From an uncultured Spirochaetota bacterium (lineage in GTDB: Bacteria; Spirochaetota; Spirochaetia; SZUA-6; Fen-1364): a stretch of 64,000 bases of DNA. Location of the stretch: assembly GCA_963845535.1 (NCBI GenBank), contig CAWJSK010000002.1:124160-188159 (forward strand), given 5' to 3'. A program made the translations under genes and the position numbers. Positions 1-9,513 of this stretch are shown one piece after another (position 1 is the stretch's first letter; each line of letters opens with the position of its first letter). The notes under the pieces are model-generated. The model saw only the letters and a list, made by a program, of their open reading frames with translations. It made no database searches and was not told the DNA's origin.

Positions 1-893
1 GCCAGGGAGACCGCGATGCCTTTTTTCACGTGGTTCTTTTTCTCATGACCGATCTCGTGCGCCAGCACGGAAAGTATCTCCTCCTTCGACGAGGAGGCAA
101 CCAGCGTGTCGAAAAGCACGATCCGCTTTGACCTCCCGAGGCCCGTGAAATACGCGTTGGAATGGCTGGAGCGTTTGCTTGAGTCCACGACGAAGATTCC
201 CTTTGTCCGGAAGCCCAGCTTCGCGGCCAGGGTCATGATTGCCTCTTTGAGCTCACCGTCCGGGAGGGGGGTGAACTTGTTGAAAAGAGGGGCAATGACC
301 AGCGGCGCAAGGATGCTCATCACGACCTGGAAGACGCTCATGGCCCCGAACGCCCAAATCCACCAGAACCTTCCAGTCTTGTCCATGAACCAGAACAGCC
401 CCAGCAGGACGGGAATGCCGATCACCGCGGAGACGGCAAATCCTTTCAGCGTGTCCACGACGTACAACAGAGGCGTCGTCCTGTTGAAGCCGAACCGCGC
501 CTCGACGGAGAAGGTGGAATACAGGGAGAAAGGGAGCGCCAGCACCCAGAACAGAAGAGACACGCACGCGATCACGACGATGCCCTGGAAATACGGATGG
601 AGGGGCAGGGTCCGGATGGCGTCATCCACGGTCCCCAGGAATCCCGAGAGGACAACGGCAAGGAGGGCCGCGGCGGAAAATCCCCCGGCGGCCAGGCCGA
701 ACCTCCCGCGCGTAATGGTGTAGGAAACCGAGCGCGCATATGTCTCCTTGTCGATCACCCCGGCGAACGCCCGCGGGACCTCGGAGGCGTTCTTCTGGAC
801 GTGCCCCAGGTTGAGCAGGCTGAGCGCCAACTCCCAGAAGTACTCCACGAAGAAGAAGACAAGATACAGGATGAGAATGCTCTGTGCGCTCAC
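1..893 (-). CDS. M48 (Ste24/CAAX-type) zinc metallopeptidase, 3' end outside window
   Basis: Not in ORF track. Manual translation from GTG at 893 (GAGAAAGG RBS) gives hydrophobic helices, DSSKRSSHSNAYFTGLGRSKRIVLFDTL and in-frame VLAHEIGH (HExxH). Confidence 0.9.
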   Translation of the reverse strand, partial: MSAQSILILYLVFFFVEYFWELALSLLNLGHVQKNASEVPRAFAGVIDKETYARSVSYTITRGRFGLAAGGFSAAALLAVVLSGFLGTVDDAIRTLPLHPYFQGIVVIACVSLLFWVLALPFSLYSTFSVEARFGFNRTTPLLYVVDTLKGFAVSAVIGIPVLLGLFWFMDKTGRFWWIWAFGAMSVFQVVMSILAPLVIAPLFNKFTPLPDGELKEAIMTLAAKLGFRTKGIFVVDSSKRSSHSNAYFTGLGRSKRIVLFDTLVASSSKEEILSVLAHEIGHEKKNHVKKGIAVSL

Positions 894-1047
894 GGTTTTA
901 CCTTTCTCACATCAAAGTAATCGGCATGCCGGCCCAAGGCAATGAGTCCGAACGGGTATCCCCGTATCGTGCGCGGAGGCGCGTATTCTTTCGCCGAACA
1001 GGCCTGCGCGTCCTTCCACACCACCGGCGGAAAAAAGGAAAATTCTT

Positions 1048-1076
1048 TTGAAAAGGCGGCCTGCCTGCATTACAAT
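1048..1076 (+). promoter_or_regulatory. sigma70-type promoter
   Basis: TTGAAA-17 bp-TACAAT upstream of AAGGAGG RBS and ATG at 1098. Confidence 0.6.
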
Positions 1077-1097
1077 CACGGCATCAAGGAGGGCAAA

Positions 1098-1703
1098 ATG
1101 AATCTCTCGATCAAACATCAGGAAAAGTATTCTCGCGGCCAGCTGATCCTCCGCACACTGTTCGGTGGCATTTACATTGCGATTCCCCACCTGCTTCTTC
1201 TGGCAATCGTCGGGATCTGGTCAGGCATCATTTCCTTCCTTACCTTCTGGGTCGTCCTTTTCACGGGAAGGTTTCCGGAGAGCTTCTTCAATTTCCAGAT
1301 CGGATATCAGAAGTGGTATCTGCGAGTCTGCCTCGCTAGGAGTATTCCACGCTGGTTATGGCAATCTCGTAGACGGATATCCAGCGTTCTTCCCGTCCGG
1401 GAAGGGTGACAGCGTGAGGCTCGAAGTTCCCCGGCCCGAGCGCGTCAGCCGTGGTCTTGTCATCCTTAGCCTGCTGTTTCGGCCTGATCTACGTGGGGAT
1501 TCCGCACGGCGTTTGTCTCCTTTTCCGTCAGATAGCGAGCGCAGTTCTCGCTTTCCTGGCGTGGTGGGCCATCCTTTTTACGGGCCGCTACCCTGCTCGT
1601 TGGCACGCTTTCAACGTCGGCACGTACCGATGGGCTACCGCGCGTCAGTCTGTACCTGGGTTATTTTACGGACGAATATCCGCGTTTCAGCGGCAAAGAG
1701 TAG
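1098..1703 (+). CDS. DUF4389-like membrane protein with two repeats; frameshifted in this read
   Basis: Two copies of a SRG..L..LFG..Y..IPH...W..LFTGR(F/Y)P...YP unit spread over three frames; ends DEYPRFSGKE* at TAG 1701-1703. Confidence 0.75.
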
Positions 1704-1712
1704 ACTCGAAAC

Positions 1713-1745
1713 AGGGCGTCTTCCCCGGGAGGGCGCCCTTTTTTT
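1713..1745 (+). terminator. Rho-independent terminator
   Basis: AGGGCGTCTTCC-ccg-GGAGGGCGCCCT stem followed by a T run. Confidence 0.75.
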
Positions 1746-1759
1746 CATGAGAGGAAAAC

Positions 1760-2275
1760 ATGAGCACAGATGACCCCACCATGACGCTTCACCTTCCCCA
1801 ACCGAGTGAGATCACCGAACGGGAGAAGGACGACGCCATGGGGGCGTACCTCATGATGTTCGCCTCACTCGCCATAGGCCTTCCCATTCCGCTTTTGAAC
1901 CTCATCGCGTCGGTGATATATTTCCTTGTGAACAAAAAGACCTCCGCGTTCGTCGCGTTCCATGCCTTGCAAGCCCTGCTCTCCCACATCCCCATCGTCC
2001 TGTTGAACGCCGGGCTGGTGGCATGGATCATTACGAAACTGGCCACCCACGCTACGTCATGGGCGTGGTTTTTCTGGTACCTGTTCTTCACCATCCTGGT
2101 GAACCTGACCTACATTGTCTGGTCCATTGTCGCCCTGATCAACGCCAACAAGGGGCGGTTCTTCTACATGCCGGTGGTCGGACGCTTCAGCTTTGCCCGG
2201 TATTACGGCCTGAAGGCCGCGCGCCAACCGCGCGCTCCGCGGGTGTGGGAAAATAAGCCTCCGGAGGGTTTTTGA
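1760..2275 (+). CDS. DUF4870-like membrane protein
   Basis: Three hydrophobic helices, FVAFHALQA and ANKGRFFYMP motifs; GAGG RBS. Confidence 0.75.
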   Translation: MSTDDPTMTLHLPQPSEITEREKDDAMGAYLMMFASLAIGLPIPLLNLIASVIYFLVNKKTSAFVAFHALQALLSHIPIVLLNAGLVAWIITKLATHATSWAWFFWYLFFTILVNLTYIVWSIVALINANKGRFFYMPVVGRFSFARYYGLKAARQPRAPRVWENKPPEGF

Positions 2276-3099
2276 CCCGTCGTTCCCGTCTCCCGGCGGA
2301 GATTGCCATCCTGGCAGCAGTGGTTGTCGCCCTTGGCGCCGCCGCGTACGCCGCGCAGAAGTTTCTCCTCCCTCCGCGCGCGTTGACAACGGACATCACG
2401 AAGTCCATGGATGAAGCTCTCGGCCCGCTGATCCTCCGCCAGGTCGAGTTCTCACAAAGCGTGCTTTCTGATCCGAGCGTTACCAAGGCTTTCGCCGCTA
2501 TCATGGGCCGGCTGCGCCTCGCCCTGGACCAGCTTGCTCCGGGGTCACCGAACATCAAGATCGTGGTCATTGATTCACCTACCATCAACGCTTTCACTCT
2601 GCCCGGAGGGATCATCTGCGTCTACACCGGCCTGATGCGCAATCTCGATTCAGCCGAGCAGATGGCTGGCGTCCTGGGGCACGAGCTGTCCCATGCGGCG
2701 CATCGGGACCCCCTCGCGCTCCTGGCCCGACAAGTCGGGGTGGCTGCCCTTGCGGGCGTGCTGACCGGCGGCAGAGGCGGAGACCTGGCCAGGACGCTCG
2801 CGCAGACCCTGGTGAACGTCCACTACGGCAGGGAAGCGGAAGACCGCGCAGACGCCTTCTCCGTGCAGCTCCTGGCGCGGTCGGACATCGACCCTTCCGC
2901 TTTCGCGCGCGCCCTTGAACGCATCAAGAAGTCAGAGCCGAAGGACCCCCGCCTCCTCCAGTGGATCGACTCGCATTCACCGATCGATGAAAGGATCCAG
3001 CGGGCCCGGGAGCAGGCGGCCACACTCTCGGTCAGCGCGCGACGGATAGGGGTGAACTGGCCCGCGCTCATCAAGCGGCTGCCGAAGACCGACGAATGA
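2272..3099 (+). CDS. M48 family metallopeptidase
   Basis: INAFTLPGG, GVLGHELSH (HExxH), EDRAD, DSHSP..RI; N-terminal anchor. Confidence 0.9.
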   Translation: MTRRSRLPAEIAILAAVVVALGAAAYAAQKFLLPPRALTTDITKSMDEALGPLILRQVEFSQSVLSDPSVTKAFAAIMGRLRLALDQLAPGSPNIKIVVIDSPTINAFTLPGGIICVYTGLMRNLDSAEQMAGVLGHELSHAAHRDPLALLARQVGVAALAGVLTGGRGGDLARTLAQTLVNVHYGREAEDRADAFSVQLLARSDIDPSAFARALERIKKSEPKDPRLLQWIDSHSPIDERIQRAREQAATLSVSARRIGVNWPALIKRLPKTDE

Positions 3100-6000
3100 C
3101 CGAAAGCGAGGACGTCCTTTCCCTTTTCCATCCCCTCGTTGCGCAGTGGTTCTCTCAGGCGGTCGGAAAGCCCACCGAGGTCCAGGCCGCCGCGTGGCCG
3201 GTCATAGCCGCGGGTTCCCATGCCGTGGTGAGCGCTCCGACCGGCACGGGCAAGACGCTTGCCGCGTTTCTCTGGGGGCTCGATCGGCTCATTACCGGAG
3301 CGTGGCCTGCGGGCAAGGTGAGGATGCTCTACGTCTCACCCCTCAAGGCCTTGAACAACGACATCCAGAGGAACCTACTGACGCCCCTCGCCGGCCTTGC
3401 GGAGCATTTCTCCCGGGCAGGCGACAGGTTTCCCGAGATCAGGGTGCTCACGAGAAGCGGTGACACTCCCTCCTCCGAGAGGCGGCGGATGCTCGCCCAC
3501 CCGCCCGAGATCCTCATCACGACTCCCGAGAGCCTCAATCTGATCCTTTCCTCGCGGAACGCCCGGCTGATGCTGGACGGGCTGGCAACGGTCATCCTGG
3601 ATGAGATCCACGCCGTGGCAGCCACCAAGAGGGGGACGCACCTCTTCACCGCGGTGGAGCGCCTTGTGCGGCTGTCAGGGGAGTTTCAGCGGATCGCGCT
3701 CTCCGCAACGGTGCGCCCGCTCTCCGTCATTGCGGACCTTGTTGGCGGCTACCGTCTCATTCGCGGCGGTGGGCAGGCCTCGTATGAAAAGCGGAAAGTC
3801 AGCATCATCACCTGCCCGCTGTCCAAGCGGTACGACCTCACCGTCCAGTTCCCCGTGGCGGGGGCGGCGACCGGCATGGCTGCGGCTCCTGTCGCCGGGG
3901 CTGCGCCGGCCGGCGCTGGGACAGGGGTGGCGTCAATCGGCGCCGGGGCGCCAATCGCCGTGCGTCCGTTCGCTGATGAAAAGCCGATGTGGGATGCACT
4001 GGCACGGGAGTGTCGGGGAGTCATCAGCCAGAATCGCTCCACCCTTTTCTTTGTGAACTCCCGGCGGCACGCTGAAAAGCTCAGCCGCTTCATCAACGAA
4101 GGGCTTGCCGAGCCGCTTGCCTGGTCGCACCACGGCTCGCTCTCCCGCGAGCTGCGCCTGGTTGTCGAGCAGCGGCTGAAAAGAGGAGAGCTGAAGGCGA
4201 TCGTCGCCACAAGCTCGCTGGAGCTGGGGATCGACATCGGGGCGCTGGACCAGGTGATCCTCGTGCAGACGCCGTTCACCGTTGCATCCGCGGTCCAACG
4301 CCTCGGGCGGGCCGGCCACACGGTGGGGCAGCCAAGCCGCGGGGTGATCTTCCCGCTCCACGGGAAGGACATCGTGGACGCGGCGGTCATGGCGCGCTGC
4401 GTGCTGGAGCAGGACATCGAGGAGACGGCTGCGGTGCTCTGTCCGTTGGACGTCCTGGCGCAGGTCATCGTTTCCATGACCACGGCGGAGACGTGGAAAG
4501 CAGAAGAGCTTTTCGACTGGATCAGGACCAGCCATCCCTACCATACGCTCCCGCGGCGTCACTTTGACCTCGTCCTCGACATGCTGGCGGGAAGGTACGA
4601 GGAGACCCGCGTGCGGGAGCTTTCCACCATGGTGTCCTTCGACAGGCTGTCCGGCGACCTTCAAGCCCGGGAGTCCGCGCGCATGCGGCTCGTCATGGGC
4701 GGCGGGACCATCCCGGACAGGGGATACTTCGCCCTCCGCACTGCCGACTCGAAGGCCCTCCTCGGCGAGCTGGACGAGGAGTTCGTCTGGGAACGGGCAA
4801 TCGGTGACAGCTTCATCATGGGCACTCAAGGCTGGCGCATCCAGAAGATCGACCATCAGAATGTCGAAGTGGTCCCCGTTGACGCCCGAACCGCCATGTC
4901 CCCGTTCTGGAAGGCGGAGGAACGAAACAGGACGTTCCACGTCTCGGACAGAATCGCTCGGGCCATGGAGGACTGGAACGGCCGGCTCCAGGACAGGTCG
5001 CTGCCGGCGGAGCTTGCGGAGAGGCACTTTCTTTCGCCGCCCGCGGCGCAGGCTATGATCGACTTTCTTGCCCACCAGCGCGACGTGACCCGCAGGGACC
5101 TTCCCCATCGCCATCACCTCCTTGTCGAGCATACGCAGGATCCCAAGGGCTCTGCAGCGCGTAGCCCCCGGGGCTATGCAGCGCGTAGCCCCCAGGGTCA
5201 TAGCCCGCAGGGCACGGGGGAGGAGTCGAGGATCGTCCTTCACACGCTCTGGGGCGGGAGGGTGAACAGGCCGTACAGCCTGGCTCTTTCCGCCGGCTGG
5301 GAGGAGAAGTTCGGATACCGGCCGCAGATGTTCCAGGATGATGACACCATCCTGCTCCTGGTCCCGGATGAGGTCTCCGCGGCGGAGATACTCTCCCTGG
5401 TGACCTCCGGGAACGTGGAGCGCCTGCTCCGCACGCGCCTGGAAGGGAGCGGGTTCTTCGGAGCGCGCTTTCGCGAGGCGGCGGGCCGGGCCCTTCTCCT
5501 GCCCCGGGCATCCGCACGGGGGCGGACGCCGCTCTGGGTGACGCGGCTTCGCGCCAAAAGCCTGCTTGCCGCCGTGGATCGCCACGAGGATTTCCCTCTC
5601 GTCCTGGAGGCCTGGCGGACTTGCCTTCAGGAGGAGTTCGATCTGCCGGCCCTTGCGATTGTGCTGGGAGAGCTTGCCGCGGGAATCATTGCGGTGGATG
5701 AGACCGTCACGGCAGCGCCTTCGCCCCTGTGCAGCAGCATCACGTGGAAAGAGACGAACACGCTGATGTACGCGGACGACACGCCGGCTCCCGCCGGCGC
5801 AGGGGGAAAGGGCAGGGTCCGCGCCGAGCTTGTGCGTGAGCTTGCGCTTTCCGCGGAGCTTCGGCCCGCCGTGAAGCCCGAGCGGGCGCGCGAGCTCCAG
5901 GCAAAGCTCCAGAGGACGGCGGAAGGCTACGCGCCGCGGAACGCGCGCGAGGTCCTGGACTGGCTGAAGGACCGGGTCCTGGTGCCGCGCGCGGAGTGGG

Positions 6001-7691
6001 AGGAGTTGCTTGCGGCAAGCGCGCGTGACTCCGGCGGCGCGGAGGAGCGGGCGGATGAGGGGGGCGCCGCCGACACGCGGGGGGGCGTCACGGATCACGG
6101 GTTGGTCGGACGGCTGCGGGAAGCCGTGGCTCCCAGGATAGTCGAACTGTCGTTCGGTGACGTTACGACATTTGCCGCCGCTGAGATCGAGCCCCGGCTC
6201 CGCGCGGCGCGTGAAGGCGGAGACGATGAAGCGATGGCCGAGCTGGTGGGGCAGTGGCTGAGGTACTACGGCCCCATCCCGCCCGCCGCGGTCGGCGCGG
6301 TCTTCGGGCTGGACAGGACGCGGCTTGATGAGATCCTGGCCGACCTGGTCCAGGAGGAAGAGGTGGTCATGGACCGCCTCCTTGCCGGAAGCGAAGAGAC
6401 GCTCGTCTGTGACCGGGAGAACCTCGAGGCGCTTCTTCGGATCTCACGCGCGCAGGCGCGGCCCGTGGTGGAGCCGCTGCCCGCCGAGAGGCTTCCGTAC
6501 TTCGTCGCGGAGCGCCAGGGGCTCGTGCGCTGCGGGACAGGCATGGACGACATGAAAGAAAGATGGGAACGCCTGTTCGGCCTCTGTCTGCCGGCGCGCC
6601 TCTGGGAGGAAGAGGTGTTTCCCGCGCGGCTGTCGGGTTACTCGTCCCGCTGGCTGGACACGCTGTTCCAGGAAGGCGGGCTCCTGTGGTTCGGGGGTGG
6701 GAAGCAGCGGGTCGGCTTCTGTTTCGGCCCGGATGCGGAGCTGTACGCGCAACGCGGTCCGAAGGAGTCGGAGGCAGCGAGCATTCTTCCGTCTCCCAAC
6801 GGGAAGTACGGCTTCTGGGACTTGCTCGACTCGACAAAGCTCGACTCGGCGAAGCTCACCGAGAAGCTCTGGGACCTCGCCGGAAAGGGAGAAATCTCGG
6901 CTGACTCGTTCCAGCCCGTGCGCAAGGGAATTGCGAGCGGCTTCAAACCAGAGGCTGCCGCCCGCGGAGTCTCCGGCCGGGGAGTGTCGGCCCGCGGCAG
7001 CTTTGCCCGATGGCAGTCTTCCCGGCCCGCCGCGGGGTTCTGGTTCCGCGTGCTGCCTCAGGAGGCCGGAGAGCAGGATGCCCTGGACCAGGAGGAGGAT
7101 GCTCGTGAACGCATCCGTCAGGTGCTGCAGCGCTACGGAATCATTTTTCGGGAGATCCTCGACCAGGAATTGCCGGCGCTGAGATGGTCCCGCCTGTTTC
7201 GAAGCCTTCGGCTCATGGAGTTCTCGGGAGAAGTGGTTGCGGGGAGGTTCTTCGAGGGTATCCATGGGCTGCAGTTCGCCTCACCGTCGGTCCTGGAGTC
7301 GCTTGGCGCCGAGCCCCGCGCGGATGCGGTGTTCTGGATGAACGCCGCGGACCCGGCCTCCCTGTGCGGCATGGGCCTTGATGCCCTGAAGGACATTCTT
7401 CCCTCACGGCTTGCCACGACGCATCTCGTTTTTCACGGGCCCACCGTGGTCCTTGTCTCACGACGCATGGGGCGGGACATTGAGCTCCGCGTTCCTCCGG
7501 AAGATTCGCGCGTTCCCGAATACCTGGGTTTCGTCAAGGAGTTGACGGGCCGTGATCAGAATCCCCTGCAGGCTGTCCACGTGCTCACCGTCAACGGAGA
7601 GCACGTGGACAGGAGTCCGTACCGGCAGGGGCTACTGCAGGCCGGCTTTGTGGAAGACTACAAGCGCTTGAGCTACCGGGCTCAGGGGTAG
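3096..7691 (+). CDS. lhr: Lhr-family DEAD/H-box helicase, full length (1531 aa)
   Basis: APTGTGKT, YVSPLKALNND, DEIH, SAT, HHGSLS, ATSSLELGIDIG, QRLGRAGH, GTIPD, GELDEEFV and C-terminal RYGI..GRF..G..G.QFA and AADP motifs. Confidence 0.93.
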   Translation: MTESEDVLSLFHPLVAQWFSQAVGKPTEVQAAAWPVIAAGSHAVVSAPTGTGKTLAAFLWGLDRLITGAWPAGKVRMLYVSPLKALNNDIQRNLLTPLAGLAEHFSRAGDRFPEIRVLTRSGDTPSSERRRMLAHPPEILITTPESLNLILSSRNARLMLDGLATVILDEIHAVAATKRGTHLFTAVERLVRLSGEFQRIALSATVRPLSVIADLVGGYRLIRGGGQASYEKRKVSIITCPLSKRYDLTVQFPVAGAATGMAAAPVAGAAPAGAGTGVASIGAGAPIAVRPFADEKPMWDALARECRGVISQNRSTLFFVNSRRHAEKLSRFINEGLAEPLAWSHHGSLSRELRLVVEQRLKRGELKAIVATSSLELGIDIGALDQVILVQTPFTVASAVQRLGRAGHTVGQPSRGVIFPLHGKDIVDAAVMARCVLEQDIEETAAVLCPLDVLAQVIVSMTTAETWKAEELFDWIRTSHPYHTLPRRHFDLVLDMLAGRYEETRVRELSTMVSFDRLSGDLQARESARMRLVMGGGTIPDRGYFALRTADSKALLGELDEEFVWERAIGDSFIMGTQGWRIQKIDHQNVEVVPVDARTAMSPFWKAEERNRTFHVSDRIARAMEDWNGRLQDRSLPAELAERHFLSPPAAQAMIDFLAHQRDVTRRDLPHRHHLLVEHTQDPKGSAARSPRGYAARSPQGHSPQGTGEESRIVLHTLWGGRVNRPYSLALSAGWEEKFGYRPQMFQDDDTILLLVPDEVSAAEILSLVTSGNVERLLRTRLEGSGFFGARFREAAGRALLLPRASARGRTPLWVTRLRAKSLLAAVDRHEDFPLVLEAWRTCLQEEFDLPALAIVLGELAAGIIAVDETVTAAPSPLCSSITWKETNTLMYADDTPAPAGAGGKGRVRAELVRELALSAELRPAVKPERARELQAKLQRTAEGYAPRNAREVLDWLKDRVLVPRAEWEELLAASARDSGGAEERADEGGAADTRGGVTDHGLVGRLREAVAPRIVELSFGDVTTFAAAEIEPRLRAAREGGDDEAMAELVGQWLRYYGPIPPAAVGAVFGLDRTRLDEILADLVQEEEVVMDRLLAGSEETLVCDRENLEALLRISRAQARPVVEPLPAERLPYFVAERQGLVRCGTGMDDMKERWERLFGLCLPARLWEEEVFPARLSGYSSRWLDTLFQEGGLLWFGGGKQRVGFCFGPDAELYAQRGPKESEAASILPSPNGKYGFWDLLDSTKLDSAKLTEKLWDLAGKGEISADSFQPVRKGIASGFKPEAAARGVSGRGVSARGSFARWQSSRPAAGFWFRVLPQEAGEQDALDQEEDARERIRQVLQRYGIIFREILDQELPALRWSRLFRSLRLMEFSGEVVAGRFFEGIHGLQFASPSVLESLGAEPRADAVFWMNAADPASLCGMGLDALKDILPSRLATTHLVFHGPTVVLVSRRMGRDIELRVPPEDSRVPEYLGFVKELTGRDQNPLQAVHVLTVNGEHVDRSPYRQGLLQAGFVEDYKRLSYRAQG
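5153..5214 (+). repeat. In-frame 24-bp tandem repeat inside lhr (two copies plus a partial)
   Basis: tgcagcgcgtagcccccggggcta / tgcagcgcgtagcccccagggtca / tagcccgcagggca. Confidence 0.85.
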
Positions 7692-7763
7692 AACGCCGCA
7701 CAGCAAGACCGTTCGGCGTCTTTGCAACGCCGCGCGCGCTCCGTGCGGCCAGGCGCGGAAGCC

Positions 7764-8519
7764 TCAGTAGCCCATCTGCATTCCGAAGCCCAGGCCTCCG
7801 TCCATGAAATCAAGGGTGGGCTGGAAAGTGACCTTGCCTTCCTCGATGTTCTTTCGCGCTGTCCTGGCCGCGTTGTCCGCGGCGACATATCTGAGCACGG
7901 TCTCCAGGATCACTCCGCCCGCAACGACGCCGAGGAAGGGAAGGTAGGAGCCGATGCTGTTCGTTCCCCACGCCGTCCGTATGGTGGACAGAGGGGAGTT
8001 GAGATAGTCGAGGGACCCGAACTGGACGTTCGCCGGAAGGACAAAGTATGCGCTGACCACCGTCCCTACGAGCACCGTCAGATCCCATGCGACAAACAAC
8101 CAGCCCCCCAGAGTATCCCCGGTCATGAATTGTCCGGCCCCCGGCAGCATGAACGAGGCTCTCTGAACGCGCTGAACATATCGTTCCTTTTGCACTGCGA
8201 TGGCAAGGTGCGCCGCTATTTTCTCGACGTCTTCCATTGTGAGACTCCCGACCTGGCCGGAGGAAAGCTCAGAGGATGCGGCCTCGAGCTCCTGCTCGAG
8301 GAAGGAAGGCGCCCGAGCCGGGGCGATGGGGGCGGGCGGGGTGCCGCTATCGGGAGCCGCGGACGGGGTTGCGGCGGGAGAGCTCGCCGGAGCCGCGGAC
8401 GGAGCCGCAGATGGTGCCGTGGCCGAGGGCGCACTGTCAGTCGGCGAGGGCGATGATTGCGCGAACGCCGCTCCGGCGAAGGCGGCCAGCAGCAGAACCG
8501 TAATGAGCAGGTTTTTCAT
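7764..8519 (-). CDS. Exported membrane protein resembling Borrelia P13 porin
   Basis: GGAGG RBS, AFA-Q signal peptide, P/A/S linker, PGAGQFMTGDTLGG..D and C-terminal FQPTLD..LGFG...Y. Confidence 0.55.
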   Translation of the reverse strand: MKNLLITVLLLAAFAGAAFAQSSPSPTDSAPSATAPSAAPSAAPASSPAATPSAAPDSGTPPAPIAPARAPSFLEQELEAASSELSSGQVGSLTMEDVEKIAAHLAIAVQKERYVQRVQRASFMLPGAGQFMTGDTLGGWLFVAWDLTVLVGTVVSAYFVLPANVQFGSLDYLNSPLSTIRTAWGTNSIGSYLPFLGVVAGGVILETVLRYVAADNAARTARKNIEEGKVTFQPTLDFMDGGLGFGMQMGY

Positions 8520-8595
8520 GAGCACCTCCCTTGGAGGGCATGATACCCTGCGCGAGGTTCGGGGGCAAAGGGGGCGATTGCAAAGGGGCGATTTG

Positions 8596-9447
8596 CTAAT
8601 TGGCCCTCACGGGAAGCGGGTACTCGAACACGTCCTCTCCGTCCAGATAGAGAACGACGGTGTAGGTGCCGCGGACCGGCAGCGGCACGTTGTGGAAGGA
8701 ATCCGTCAAAAGCTCCAGCTTTCCGTAATCCGCCTTTATTTCCCGTGAAGGAGATGAGGCGATGGGGACGCCGGTGGGGTCGAGGATTTCCACGCGTTGC
8801 CGGTGACTCCCTTCGCCGGAAAACCACACTGTCACAAGATCGAAGCTTTCCTGCGCCGGGAACTTACGGGCGGCAAGCATGTCGGGAATTCCTGCCACGG
8901 AAGCGTCCCCCGCCTTGTCCAGCGTGCCACCTTCCGCGGGGACGGAAAGGACAAGCTCGGGCGTGTCAGGGTAGGAATCATCAACGTTGAAAAAGAGCGA
9001 GTACTCCGCGGCCAGGTCTCCGTCCAGCGTCACCTCAACCGCGTAGGTGCCGCCCGCGGGGAACCTCGCGTGCGGGAAGACCTGGACGAACGTCGTTACC
9101 GCTGTAGGGGAGAACTCGACCTCCTGGGCCGCCTCCGCCACCGTTTCATCCGAGTCCATGTTCCAGATCGAGATGCCGATGTCATGAGACCCCGACCCGC
9201 TCCACCGGGTGTACACGCACACGTCCTCCTGGTGCGGGAAAACGTTCACGAGCGAAGTGTGATGGATCCCGATCAGCGCGGTCTTGCCCGCGGCGTCGTG
9301 GCTTACCGCGTTGGCAACCACGAGCCCCAAGAACTGGGCATCCCCGGAATCACCCAAAACGTCATCCGCCGCCGCGCGCGCGGCGGCGCACGCCAGGGCA
9401 GCGGCGCACAAAAGGGAAACCGTCAGGGCCGGGCCCGCACGAAGCAT
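8596..9447 (-). CDS. Secreted protein with two tandem beta-rich domains (DUF6941-like)
   Basis: Signal peptide; both halves contain D.AG....G, FP.QE, W.G.GSH and (F/L)P..GTY.V...LDG. Confidence 0.6.
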   Translation of the reverse strand: MLRAGPALTVSLLCAAALACAAARAAADDVLGDSGDAQFLGLVVANAVSHDAAGKTALIGIHHTSLVNVFPHQEDVCVYTRWSGSGSHDIGISIWNMDSDETVAEAAQEVEFSPTAVTTFVQVFPHARFPAGGTYAVEVTLDGDLAAEYSLFFNVDDSYPDTPELVLSVPAEGGTLDKAGDASVAGIPDMLAARKFPAQESFDLVTVWFSGEGSHRQRVEILDPTGVPIASSPSREIKADYGKLELLTDSFHNVPLPVRGTYTVVLYLDGEDVFEYPLPVRAN

Positions 9448-9513
9448 GCGCTTGCCTCCGATCGTCCCGCGCTCCCTCCCTCGTACAAGGATAGAGACGG
9501 GGCGAGCCAGGAG

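Noticed and set aside
3933..6098. Long antisense or alternate-frame ORFs (721 aa here; also 42674-44449, 33052-34410, 8797-10110)
   Set aside because: Shadows of real genes caused by GC-rich codon bias; no recognisable domains.
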